Assembly: GCA_963843555.1 (NCBI GenBank)
Contig: CAWJKV010000006.1
Span: 50,399-114,398 of the forward strand
Direction of reading: 5' to 3'
Origin: an uncultured Methanosarcinales archaeon
GTDB taxonomy: Archaea > Halobacteriota > Methanosarcinia > Methanotrichales > Methanotrichaceae
Length of the DNA stretch: 64,000 bases
Both the position numbers and the translations under genes were made by a program. Shown here piece by piece: positions 20,803-30,176 of this stretch (positions within the stretch are counted from its first letter, which is position 1; every line of letters starts with the position of its first letter). The notes under the pieces were generated by a model, which had not been told where the DNA came from, did no database searches, and saw nothing but the letters and a program-made list of their open reading frames with translations.

Positions 20803-22018
20803 ATCTACAAAGTTGGCCCTCGTGGCTTCATCACATCCATCTGCGGCGTGATTCCGGCAGAATCTTCTTTCAACCGCAAACTACAAATATCTATAACGAT
20901 TATATAGATAGTTTGCCGCTTCATGCAAGGGGTGGCGGGCGTGTCGTGGGCTTAACCAGGCCGATAATGCTCTGTTGGCAAGGCTGATTTGATCGCTGTC
21001 CCTCCGGGGGGCGGCTTGCGGTCGCTTACAGATCAGATCGCTTCCTTGTTCCAGGAGATGCATGTCGTCGTGGCACTGCATTCGGGCTTGAGAGCCTGTG
21101 AGACTGAAACTTCGGCAACAAAAAAAGTTGCGCACTGTAACAGGTGCAGTACTCTGTCGAAGGATCTCGCGCTAATACACGACCGGGGCATGTTGCGGCA
21201 CAAAGCCAAGGCGAGAGGCGAGCGTGAGGCCCAGTGAGTTCGGGTTCCTAATTTGTGGACGCTGTGTTCGATTCCAGTGCGAATGCCGCCTGTTGGCATA
21301 ATGTCAAGCTCCGGGCAGGGCCAGGTCATCACTTCGGTGAGCGGCTCCTCTAAAAGGGCGCTGTGGATTTCGGCGCTGGCCCACCTGAGTATCGCTTATG
21401 CTGTTCTCTGTCTTTCCCTTTGATGATGACGATTCTTGCTCTCGATTCTTCCCTAGTCGAAAACCTTAAATATAGACAATCGACGTATAGAATCTAGGCG
21501 AAAGTCGACGGCCTATTTTCTCCCTCCTTCATCCTGATGACTTTTGCCTCCCTCCTTCTTATCGATCCAACACTTCATGATGTTCATTGCATCCGATTTC
21601 ATCCTCAGATTCTCGAAAGAAAGGCTTAAAGGCCACCCCGTTCCTTCAAGAACTCCCGCCTTGGGTGCATTCACAATATGACTATGGCGGAGAATATGGG
21701 GAGTGACCCTTCCACCCGGGAGAGCTTCTGTTTCCTTGAGATCTCCTGAACCTCAGCCTCAGTGTTCTGTGAAAAGGCGGACAGCTCTCCTATCGAAAAA
21801 GAGCGACTTCTGGCCTGGCACACCTCTCGGCCTGGAAATGCCCGGGTCTTCAAGAATGGCCTTTTTCAATCCCTAGCTTCTTCCGAAAATCTGCGGCGAT
21901 GCCTCGGCTCGCATGGCCCTTTTTGAAGCAGACTTCTGGATAAATGGTGAGCCACATGATTGATCAGGAAGTGATTTGAAAGACCATCGTTACCTCCTCT
22001 TGTTAACTGTAAGAAAAG

Positions 22019-22108
22019 CGTCCCGACCGGGATTCGAACCCGGGTTGAAGGCTTACTGCGCCAAAAGTGCTCCGCAGGCCTCCGGGATGTCCACTACCCC
22101 ATCGGGAC
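22019..22108 (-). tRNA. tRNA-Arg(GCG) with an 18-nt intron (22054-22071)
   Basis: Cloverleaf GTCCCGA/TCGGGAC, T arm CCGGG-TTCGAAT-CCCGG; bulge-helix-bulge (CTGC/GCAG) at canonical position 37/38. Confidence 0.92.
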
Positions 22109-22138
22109 AAAACATCCCTCATGGCATGCTTCAGGTTA

Positions 22139-22924
22139 TTAAGCTTGTTGGCTTGTCACTCTGGTCTGCGCTGTCCGGATGGCTCTCAGAAAGTCGATCT
22201 TTCGAAATTCCGGCCAGTAAGGCGCACAAAAGTACGCTGCGCATTCATTGCCGTTGGCCTGCCAGGGCAGGAAGTTGGAGGTGCGAAAATCCCCTGCCGT
22301 CCTGATGATCAGATCCACTTTGGGCACGGCAATGCCATCCTGAGGATAGAGATGCTGAGCAATCAGCTCCTCGTCCACCTCTCGGGCCTTGATCTTTCCC
22401 TGCTTAACCAGTCGCGCCAGCGCCCGCACGGTGTCTACAAGCTCGGGCTGGCCGCCATAGGCCAGGGCTATATTGAGATACATCTTCTCGTAGTCTCGCG
22501 TGGCTTCTTCAGTGCGAACAATCTCCTGTTGAAGGTCCTCGGGCAGCATCTCCACTCTGCCGATAGCTCTCACCCGTACTCTGCTGCCGTGAATCTTTTT
22601 GGAACGATTAAGATCTATGAACTTCCTCTTGATCAAATCAAAGAGATAACGCTTCTCTGCCTCTTCCCGGGCAAAGTTCTCCGTAGAAAAGGCATAGAGG
22701 GTGAGATGCTTGACGCCCACCTCCAGGCACCAGTCGGAGACCTTATCCGAGGTCTCGGCGCCAAGGCTGTGGCCGAGAAACTTGGAGAGGCCTCTTTGCA
22801 TGGCATACCTGCGGTTTCCATCCTGAATTATGGCCACATGCTCCACAGGCTCTCCGGCAAGAATCTGGGCCATAAGACGCCTTTCATAAAAGGAATAGGC
22901 AGGGTTTCTGAAACTGAAACTCAT
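22139..22924 (-). CDS. uppS: Polyprenyl diphosphate synthase (cis-prenyltransferase)
   Basis: HVAIIQDGNRRYA, YAFSTENF.R, IRTAGDFRTSNFLPWQ. Confidence 0.96.
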   Translation of the reverse strand: MSFSFRNPAYSFYERRLMAQILAGEPVEHVAIIQDGNRRYAMQRGLSKFLGHSLGAETSDKVSDWCLEVGVKHLTLYAFSTENFAREEAEKRYLFDLIKRKFIDLNRSKKIHGSRVRVRAIGRVEMLPEDLQQEIVRTEEATRDYEKMYLNIALAYGGQPELVDTVRALARLVKQGKIKAREVDEELIAQHLYPQDGIAVPKVDLIIRTAGDFRTSNFLPWQANGNECAAYFCAPYWPEFRKIDFLRAIRTAQTRVTSQQA

Positions 22925-23046
22925 TCATTTTATTAACTTCGCGAATTAGTATTTAAATAATTCCTCTCTGCCAGGCGGAAAATGGCCCGGAGATTTTCCT
23001 TCTAGGGCAAGATACTAATAGCTGATGACTTACTTCCTTACTCCGG

Positions 23047-23120
23047 GGGCCTGTGGTCTAGCTGGTTATGACATCGCCTTCACACGGCGGGGATCACGCG
23101 TTCGAATCGCGTCGGGCCCA
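23047..23120 (+). tRNA. tRNA-Val(CAC)
   Basis: GGGCCTG/CGGGCCC acceptor stem, anticodon loop TT-CAC-AC, ACGCG-TTCGAAT-CGCGT. Confidence 0.95.
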
Positions 23121-23288
23121 CTCACATTATTGCTCGACACAAGCTTTAACTATTTAAGGGTCATTTTTAGCAGCGATGGTGCAGAAGGTTGCTTTGGTTA
23201 TTCAGGGCAGAATGCATCTCTAGAGATGTCAGACGGCCCGATGATTCCAATAATCTTTAGGTCCATAATTATTATTTGAGGTGATAAG

Positions 23289-23612
23289 CTGTATAATAGA
23301 GGTCGTGGAAGGGAGGAAGAAGGGGCCGTAATAACAAGGGTCCGCCTCCCTCGCAAACAGGATAGAGAGATATTTGGTCATGTAGAAAGCTTGCTTGGCT
23401 CCAATCGCATAAAGGTCAGAGGCATAGACGGCGTAACCAGGATGGCCCGCATACCCGGCAAGATGAAGAAGAGAATATGGATCAGAGAGGGCGATGTGGT
23501 CATAATTATACCCTGGGACTTCCAGAATGAGAAGGCAGATGTAGTCTGGAGATACACAGGTCCCCAGGTGGACTGGCTGCAGCGCAAAGGGTTCCTGAAA
23601 GGCACTTCATAA
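23289..23612 (+). CDS. eif1a: Translation initiation factor aIF-1A (probable CTG start)
   Basis: RVRLP..EIFG.VE.LLG.NRI.V...DG..R.ARIPGKMKKRIWIREGDVV; frame open back to CTG 23289 behind GAGGTGA. Confidence 0.92.
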   Translation: MYNRGRGREEEGAVITRVRLPRKQDREIFGHVESLLGSNRIKVRGIDGVTRMARIPGKMKKRIWIREGDVVIIIPWDFQNEKADVVWRYTGPQVDWLQRKGFLKGTS

Positions 23613-23628
23613 GCCGGGCATATAAAGC

Positions 23629-24501
23629 ATGAGCAGGCGCACCAAGGATGAAGATTTCGATACCCGCATAGATGTTCTTCGCACCAGGATAAAAGACTCT
23701 GATGACCTGAATGTCCATGATGCCGTCTTCGATAAGCGCACCTTGATGGACCTTTACAGTCTGGCCAGCAAGGGAGTAATCGATGCCCTGGGCGGGTCCG
23801 TCTGCACAGGAAAAGAGGCAAATATTTTCAGGGCCATCGTGGGCGAAAAAGAGCTCGCCCTTAAGATTTATCGCATATCCACCAGCAACTTCACTTCTAT
23901 GCAGGACTACTTGCATGGAGACCCGAGATTTGGAAACGTGAAGGGTACGAAAAGTGCCATCGTCTCAGCCTGGACTCGCAAGGAGTTTCGTAACCTTTCC
24001 CGGGCTGAAGAGATGGGTGTGCGTGTGCCTCATCCCATTGCCATGAAGGACAACATCCTGGTCATGGATCTCATAGGTCATGGCGAGCATGTTGCCCCAC
24101 AGCTGAAAGATGTTGATTTGGAACCCGGCGAAGCAAAGCGCATTTACGAAAAGATTGTGGAATATATCTCAGTGCTCTACAATGGAGCGGGCCTCGTCCA
24201 TGCCGATTTGAGCGAGTTCAATATACTTTATGATGAAGGCGAGCCGGTAATAATAGATATGGGTCAGTCGGTTACATTAGACCATCCCATGTCCCGGAAA
24301 TTCCTGGAGCGCGATATCGCCAACGTGACTCACTATTTCCAAAAAAAGTATGCAATAGGCTCGTCGGAGGAGATCTGGGCCCGGCTTCGAAAAGACAAGG
24401 ATGTTGCAGATCAAAAGAAAGAAGCTGATCAGATGAAAAGAGCAGATCAAAAGAAAGAAGCCGATCAAATAAAAAAAGCAGATCAAATGAAAGGAGACTG
24501 A
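23629..24501 (+). CDS. rio1: RIO1 serine/threonine kinase
   Basis: TGKEANIF, KIYR, KEFRNL, LVHADLSEFNIL, IIDMGQSV. Confidence 0.95.
   Translation: MSRRTKDEDFDTRIDVLRTRIKDSDDLNVHDAVFDKRTLMDLYSLASKGVIDALGGSVCTGKEANIFRAIVGEKELALKIYRISTSNFTSMQDYLHGDPRFGNVKGTKSAIVSAWTRKEFRNLSRAEEMGVRVPHPIAMKDNILVMDLIGHGEHVAPQLKDVDLEPGEAKRIYEKIVEYISVLYNGAGLVHADLSEFNILYDEGEPVIIDMGQSVTLDHPMSRKFLERDIANVTHYFQKKYAIGSSEEIWARLRKDKDVADQKKEADQMKRADQKKEADQIKKADQMKGD
24406..24495 (+). repeat. Five 18-bp tandem repeats (ADQxKx) at the RIO1 C-terminus
   Basis: GCAGATCAAAAGAAAGAA-type units. Confidence 0.85.
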
Positions 24502-24504
24502 TCA

Positions 24505-25047
24505 ATGGATATCAAGATTCCAGAGGAACGTATAGGTGTGCTGGTGGGCCCGGGCGGGTCGATGAAGCACCTCATCGAAGAGAAGACCAAGACCACTCTT
24601 GAGATCGACAGCGAGACCGGCACGGTCTCCATTGCATCTGCCGAAGATCCGTTGCAGGGCCTGAGAGTTATGGACCTGGTAAAAGCCATCGGAAGGGGCT
24701 TCTCACCAGAAAGAGCATTGGCCATTCTGGATGACGAGATGCTGATGCTCGATGTGCTTGACATCTCCAAGATGGCCAGCACCAAGAGCGATATGGAACG
24801 CATCAAGGGCCGCATCATAGGCAAGGACGGAAGGTCGCGCGAGATAATGGAGAGGCTCTCGGGCACCAAAGTTTCGGTGTACGGCAAGACCGTAGCCATA
24901 CTAGGATATCCGGAGCAGATTCGAGTCGCACGCACGGCCATAGAGATGCTGCTTGACGGTGCTCCCCATGGCAATGTCTATAGCTTTTTGGAGAAGAAGC
25001 ACCAGGAACTGGCCAAGGAAGAGCTGAAGGAGCAGGGTATCCTTTAA
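24505..25047 (+). CDS. KH-domain RNA-processing protein (Dim2/Pno1-like)
   Basis: RIGVLVG..G, AIGRGFSPE, GRIIGKDG, GAPHGNVY; follows rio1. Confidence 0.93.
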   Translation: MDIKIPEERIGVLVGPGGSMKHLIEEKTKTTLEIDSETGTVSIASAEDPLQGLRVMDLVKAIGRGFSPERALAILDDEMLMLDVLDISKMASTKSDMERIKGRIIGKDGRSREIMERLSGTKVSVYGKTVAILGYPEQIRVARTAIEMLLDGAPHGNVYSFLEKKHQELAKEELKEQGIL

Positions 25048-25217
25048 AGCTCTTTTTTCGCTTCTTATTTACCTTGCCTATCAAATTCGTCCTTGATATG
25101 CGTACCGATATCGACTCAGATGCGGCAGAGGATGAGCCTCTCTCAAGCGGCTCGGCCAGTGCTTTCCAGCTTATGAGCTTATATACATGATCTCCAGATT
25201 GATCCTGCGAGGATAAA

Positions 25218-26861
25218 TTGGACTTCCAGTTGCAGCTTGATTTCTCAGATTGGCTGTTGATAGCCGCGGCCCTGATCGGCTTGTATTCCATCGTTCTTTT
25301 GCCCTTGAGGGATAGTGAGAAATGGCGGAGCCGGGGATTAACCGTTGGGGGCCTGCAGGGCATTCCTCTGGTAGTTTTTCTGCGCACTACCAGGGGATTG
25401 AAGCTCTTAGACCGGCTGAGCCGTCCCAAAATGTTCTGGAGAATCGTGGCCTCTGCCGGCGTCCCATTGGTTGTCTTATGCATGGGCTTCTTTTTGTTTC
25501 TGGTTCTGCAAATGACCTATCTAATGATCCAGTCACCACCCCAGCCCAGCAGCTATAACGCACCCAGAAATATTCTTCTCATTCCAGGCTTAAACCAGTA
25601 TATACCCTTTGTCTGGGGTTGGATAGCCCTCATTGTGACCATGGTGGTACACGAGTTCGCACATGGCATCCTGAGCCGCGTAGAGGGCGTGCGAGTTAAG
25701 TCCATGGGCATTATTGCCCTTTTTTTTGCTCCCATAGCCGCTTTTGTGGAGCCGGACGAAGAGGAGCTCTTCGGCACCGAGGACAAGCCGCCTCTGGTGA
25801 GCAAAGGCGCAAGGATCAGGATTCTGTCTGCTGGTGTCATTTCCAATTTTCTGGTTGCGGCTGTGGCTATGGCCCTCTTCTTCGGGCCGGTCATAGGGTC
25901 CATATCGCCTGTAGATAGGGTGATAGTAGTAAATGTAGAGGACGGCTCTTTGGCTCAGGAAGCCGGTTTTGAGAATGGCATGGCACTTTTGGATGTGGAT
26001 GGAAATAAAATCGGAGGTCTCGATCAGTTTTATGGCCATCTCAGCAACTCTTCGGAGATGACACGGGTCCTCTTCGATGATCAGGAAGAGAATCTTCCGC
26101 TTTCCGGCCAGCCGGCGCGGGGCATCATGGTGGCCTCTATCTACGCAGGCTCACCCGCTGAAATCGCCGGCCTCCCTGCCAGAAGCGTCATCTCCAAGGT
26201 CGATGGAATGGAGATCGTCAACCTGGAGGGTTTCAGAAGTCAGATGAACACGACCCGTCCCGGCCAGATTATCGCCATTACCACGGGTGAGGGCAGGATC
26301 TACCAGATAAATCTGACTTCAAATGAAGCTACAACAGAGCAAAACGGCACCGGGTTCATCGGCATTGGCATCTCTGGCAATGCTGTTTATTCCGGCGGCG
26401 CAGTCTTCCAGGAGGCTCCTGCCAGGCAATTCTTGCAGGTGCTCAAGGCCATACCCAGTAGCGGAATGCAGGGATTTGCATATATGCTAAGCCTGCCCTT
26501 TGCCGGAATTCCCGGATTTACCCAACAAGGTTTCCCGGGCTTTAGCGGCTGGCTAACCACCGTCTTTGAGCCCACCGGATGGGCCGAGCCTCTGGGTGGC
26601 AAGTTATTCTGGATAGCAAACCTGCTTCTCTGGATAGGTTGGATCAATCTCTACGCCGGCCTCTTCAACTGTCTCCCGGCGGTGCCATTGGATGGGGGGC
26701 ACATCTTCAGAGATCTGATACAATTGGGCTTTGAGAGAGTGGTCAAGCCCAAAGAGGCAGAAAAGCTCACCAAGACGGCAGTCGCGCTTTTTACCTGGCT
26801 GGTATTGACATCCCTGCTCATAACTTTGATCGCGCCATTCACTCATTGGCTACCTATTTAG
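25218..26861 (+). CDS. Site-2 protease (M50) with PDZ domains
   Basis: HEFAHG, AFVEPD, FNCLPAVPLDGGH, two PDZ-like segments. Confidence 0.93.
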   Translation: MDFQLQLDFSDWLLIAAALIGLYSIVLLPLRDSEKWRSRGLTVGGLQGIPLVVFLRTTRGLKLLDRLSRPKMFWRIVASAGVPLVVLCMGFFLFLVLQMTYLMIQSPPQPSSYNAPRNILLIPGLNQYIPFVWGWIALIVTMVVHEFAHGILSRVEGVRVKSMGIIALFFAPIAAFVEPDEEELFGTEDKPPLVSKGARIRILSAGVISNFLVAAVAMALFFGPVIGSISPVDRVIVVNVEDGSLAQEAGFENGMALLDVDGNKIGGLDQFYGHLSNSSEMTRVLFDDQEENLPLSGQPARGIMVASIYAGSPAEIAGLPARSVISKVDGMEIVNLEGFRSQMNTTRPGQIIAITTGEGRIYQINLTSNEATTEQNGTGFIGIGISGNAVYSGGAVFQEAPARQFLQVLKAIPSSGMQGFAYMLSLPFAGIPGFTQQGFPGFSGWLTTVFEPTGWAEPLGGKLFWIANLLLWIGWINLYAGLFNCLPAVPLDGGHIFRDLIQLGFERVVKPKEAEKLTKTAVALFTWLVLTSLLITLIAPFTHWLPI

Positions 26862-26970
26862 GGGCTGGAGACAGGGGCTCATGTCAATTGCCGGATCGCT
26901 GGCCTCTCCTTTCGAGACGTCAGTTTTAAACCCATTCAGAATTGACAGATTACCAGGCAGGTAAATCCTT

Positions 26971-28013
26971 ATGAGAATATGCGCGTTCTGGCATTTGGCG
27001 GTCTTGGCAATCCTGATGACACTGGCGGTCACGGGCCAGTCTTCAGGAGATCGTGGATCTCTATTCCGGTGTTGACTCTGCCGATGTTACGCTGAATGGA
27101 GATGTTGCGGGCAAGGTCTCTTCAATTGGATCTGATCTCCGACGGAATGGTGCTCATGACCCGGAATGTGACTCTGGACGGTCCAGGAACCTGGATTGTG
27201 CGCTGGTCGCCATTCGATGCCAAGAGCGGCAACTATGATGTTTGCGCCCTCTTATGGAGAGACGGGACCAGGGACTCCAGGAAGTGCTACAGTTTCTATT
27301 ACGGGGGAATTGAGCCCGTAAGGTTCGATGTACGCGATTTCTATGCCGACTCTCGCGGCATGCATCTCGCCATAAGTGCCAGCGATCCGACTGTTGCGGA
27401 TATTTATTATATGCTTCTTCAGGGAGACAAGGCTGTATATGTAACCAGGGAAAAGGCGGTGCCGATCACTGGCAGCATGGGTATGCCGATTCAGAAGGAT
27501 TATGCCTGGAAGCCCATCCTGGAGAATGGTCAGGAGTATGCAGGCCGGGTGAAGATAGTGGAGCTTAATCACAATCAGAGCAGGGCCTTTATGAACTCCT
27601 TTCGGGCTGCCGATGATGCAATGATAACTGAGACCTACCAGGATGAGACCGGCGCCAGCGCCACAGTAGTTGGCAACTCTCGCGTTCCCTTTGAGGGATC
27701 TCTGAGGTTTATACTCTCGCAAGAGGGCAGGGTGATCAACACCACAGAGAAGAAGACGCCCGTGCTCCTCACAGGGGACGATGAGACTGTTGAGATCACC
27801 TGGAACAGGACACTCGATCCGGGAGTCTATCAGCTCCGCACCGTTTTGGTAGGACAGAGCGGAAATGTGATGGATTTGCAAGAGAACATTATTGAGGCCA
27901 AACCCATAGTCAGGAGCAACGCCACCGATGTCGCAGAGACTGCCGCCTTTCCTTCTGGCCTAGCCGCACTGGCAATGCTCTTGATGGTTTTTCTCAGGCG
28001 CAGGAAATGTTGA
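26971..28013 (+). CDS. Cell-surface protein with signal peptide and C-terminal TM/basic anchor (two frameshifts near 5' end)
   Basis: MRICAFWHLAVLAILMTLAV...; ends AFPSGLAALAMLLMVFLRRRKC. Confidence 0.75.
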
Positions 28014-28056
28014 AGGGGAGATAGAAAGGAGATCAATAAATCAAGGGAGGGTTATC

Positions 28057-28602
28057 ATGCAAAAAATTATTGCCTGCTTTATCTGCATCTTGGCGCTGCT
28101 GACCATAGCAATGCCCGCCATAATTGCAGAAGACAATCAGAATTCCACAGGGAACATCACATTGAATCAGACACAAAATGCCACAGGGAATATCTCACTG
28201 AATCTGACACAAAATATCACACAGAGCATCTCACCGGGTATTGCCCAGAACCTGACCCAAAACCAAGACACAATCCAAACAGGTGCACAGAATGCTAACC
28301 AGCATACCAGGGTCTTGCGCGCCGGTTTCGAGAAGACAAGGCCTCTGAACAACCTGGATGCATACGGCAATAAGTCCACATACAGCATACCGGCCAGTAA
28401 TGTAAGTTCTGCATTCAATCTTAGCCAGCGCCTGGGCAATATATCCAGATTCGCCTACAATACCGACATCTACAAACCAGTCTACAATGTGAGCCAGTAC
28501 TCAAGGACAAAGCCCACCTATGAAGTTCCCGGCACTCCGTCCAAGCCGGTCTACAGCATCTCCGGATATCCGGTGATCAAGGCTTCCAACAGCATACCTT
28601 GA
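28057..28602 (+). CDS. Secreted hypothetical protein, N/T/Q-rich
   Basis: Signal peptide, many NxT sequons, GGAGG SD. Confidence 0.8.
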   Translation: MQKIIACFICILALLTIAMPAIIAEDNQNSTGNITLNQTQNATGNISLNLTQNITQSISPGIAQNLTQNQDTIQTGAQNANQHTRVLRAGFEKTRPLNNLDAYGNKSTYSIPASNVSSAFNLSQRLGNISRFAYNTDIYKPVYNVSQYSRTKPTYEVPGTPSKPVYSISGYPVIKASNSIP

Positions 28603-28720
28603 AGGACGTTCCCCGCTCGCCAATGCAATTGAATTGAAGATCTAACAAAAGGCGGAAGACCTCCAGAATAGATCGGAAAAAAAGAAAACGGTTAGAGATG
28701 AATCCTCTGAAGAATTGTCT

Positions 28721-29128
28721 TCAGAGGTACTTCTGAATTTTCGCCGCCAATGTGGTTTTGGGATAGGCCCCCACCAGTTTGTCTATGAGCTTGCCGTCCT
28801 TGAAGACCATCAGTGTGGGAATTGCTGAGATCCTGTATTTGTTGGCGGTTTGCATGTTCTCGTCGACGTTCAGCTTGCCGAAGACGACCTTTCCCTTCAT
28901 CTCTTCTGCCAGCTCCTCGATGATCGGCCCGATCGTGCGACAGGGACCGCACCACTCTGCCCAGCAATCCAGAATAAGGATCGGATACTGGCTTGAAGCT
29001 TTTTCTAAAGTTGCATCTGTAACTACAATGGGCTTACTCGGCAGTTCTACGCCAGGTTCAGTGGGTTTCTTCATCTCGCTCATCATCTTCTCCTTTTTCT
29101 TCTTTTTTATATCTTCCAGCTCATCCAA
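28721..29128 (-). CDS. trxA: Thioredoxin
   Basis: WAEWCGPC, IPTL. Confidence 0.95.
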   Translation of the reverse strand: MDELEDIKKKKKEKMMSEMKKPTEPGVELPSKPIVVTDATLEKASSQYPILILDCWAEWCGPCRTIGPIIEELAEEMKGKVVFGKLNVDENMQTANKYRISAIPTLMVFKDGKLIDKLVGAYPKTTLAAKIQKYL

Positions 29129-29131
29129 AGC

Positions 29132-29734
29132 TCAATCCTCCAAGCTTTCTTTAGCCTTTATCAGGAGTGATTTGAAGTGATTCAGGTCCGCGGGCATTAT
29201 CTCAAAAGGGAGGTTAGTGAAATCAAAGAATTCCAGTAGCTCTTGCTCGCGGGAAGTTGCATCTTTCAGGGTGTCCATGTAGACGGTTCCCCGAAATGAG
29301 CCCATATGCAACCTGGCCTCCATCTGATCCCAGCCCAGCTGTCCAAATATATCCCGCCATGCATCCAGCCAGCCTGGCGAGAGGTAGAAGAAAAGCCCTT
29401 CATTGGCCTTCTTCTCCATGACCTTGCGGGTTATGAAGGCATCCACGCAGCTCTGGCATTCGACAAGTTTGGCATGGTAGGGCTCGAGAATGTCATCAAT
29501 CCTGGGATGGCACTGGCCATAGGCCACAATTATGCCCTCGCAGCCGTTTGTTTGAGCCCTCTCCAGCTCTGCCTGGAGAGCGGCTTTTAGGTCATCGAAG
29601 TTAACGTGCAGACCTGGCCCGAGGTAGTGCTCTTCAAATGGAAATCCCAGATCGCCCTTCAACGCCTCGATCTCCTTTTGAAAAACGCCGCAGGCGATGA
29701 TTGCATCCATAGCAGCAGTATTATGGGTACTCAA
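29132..29734 (-). CDS. DUF1638 family protein
   Basis: IIACGVF..EI, GLH, YGQC, C..C, FYLSPGW. Confidence 0.8.
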   Translation of the reverse strand: MSTHNTAAMDAIIACGVFQKEIEALKGDLGFPFEEHYLGPGLHVNFDDLKAALQAELERAQTNGCEGIIVAYGQCHPRIDDILEPYHAKLVECQSCVDAFITRKVMEKKANEGLFFYLSPGWLDAWRDIFGQLGWDQMEARLHMGSFRGTVYMDTLKDATSREQELLEFFDFTNLPFEIMPADLNHFKSLLIKAKESLED

Positions 29735-29767
29735 TAGGATATATCTGTGATCCTTGATCCAATCGAT

Positions 29768-30172
29768 CTATACCGGGTCCAGAATCCTGATAATTCCCTG
29801 GTTGGCGTCGACCTCGACCAGAGTGCCGCTCTTCCACTGCAAGACCTCTTCCGGCACCCTGTCCACCAGCGGGATGCCGCTGATAATGGCTCCCACGGCC
29901 ACAATGGGCTCAGAGCAGAGGTTGATCATAGCTATTGGGGCAAGTTTCCTCTTCTTGAGCTGATATATGACATAGGAGCCCACGGTAGAGCCCTTACCTC
30001 CTGGAAAGACGAGCACCTTTCCGGCGAGGCTTATGCCGAAGAGCTCGTGAGCGGGATCGACTACTATGCCGGTTTCCGGATTGACATTGCCCAGGAACGA
30101 TATGGCTTCCCTTGTCACCAGCGCGGGACCAGCAGCACAGCCGGAAGCGACTTTATGGCATAAGATCTCCAT
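29768..30172 (-). CDS. Aconitase X swivel subunit (phosphomevalonate dehydratase small subunit, DUF126)
   Basis: ISFLG.V...TG...H.L.G.S..GKVLVFPGGKGSTVGS. Confidence 0.9.
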   Translation of the reverse strand: MEILCHKVASGCAAGPALVTREAISFLGNVNPETGIVVDPAHELFGISLAGKVLVFPGGKGSTVGSYVIYQLKKRKLAPIAMINLCSEPIVAVGAIISGIPLVDRVPEEVLQWKSGTLVEVDANQGIIRILDPV

Positions 30173-30176
30173 TTTC

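Noticed and set aside
20989..21332. Short ORFs on both strands as a replication protein
   Set aside because: No recognisable motifs
21495..21550. Hammerhead ribozyme (CGAAA and CTGATGA both present)
   Set aside because: Stems I and II cannot be formed around the core
22019..22050. attL/attR duplication of the tRNA-Arg 3' end
   Set aside because: No second copy or integrase seen in the window
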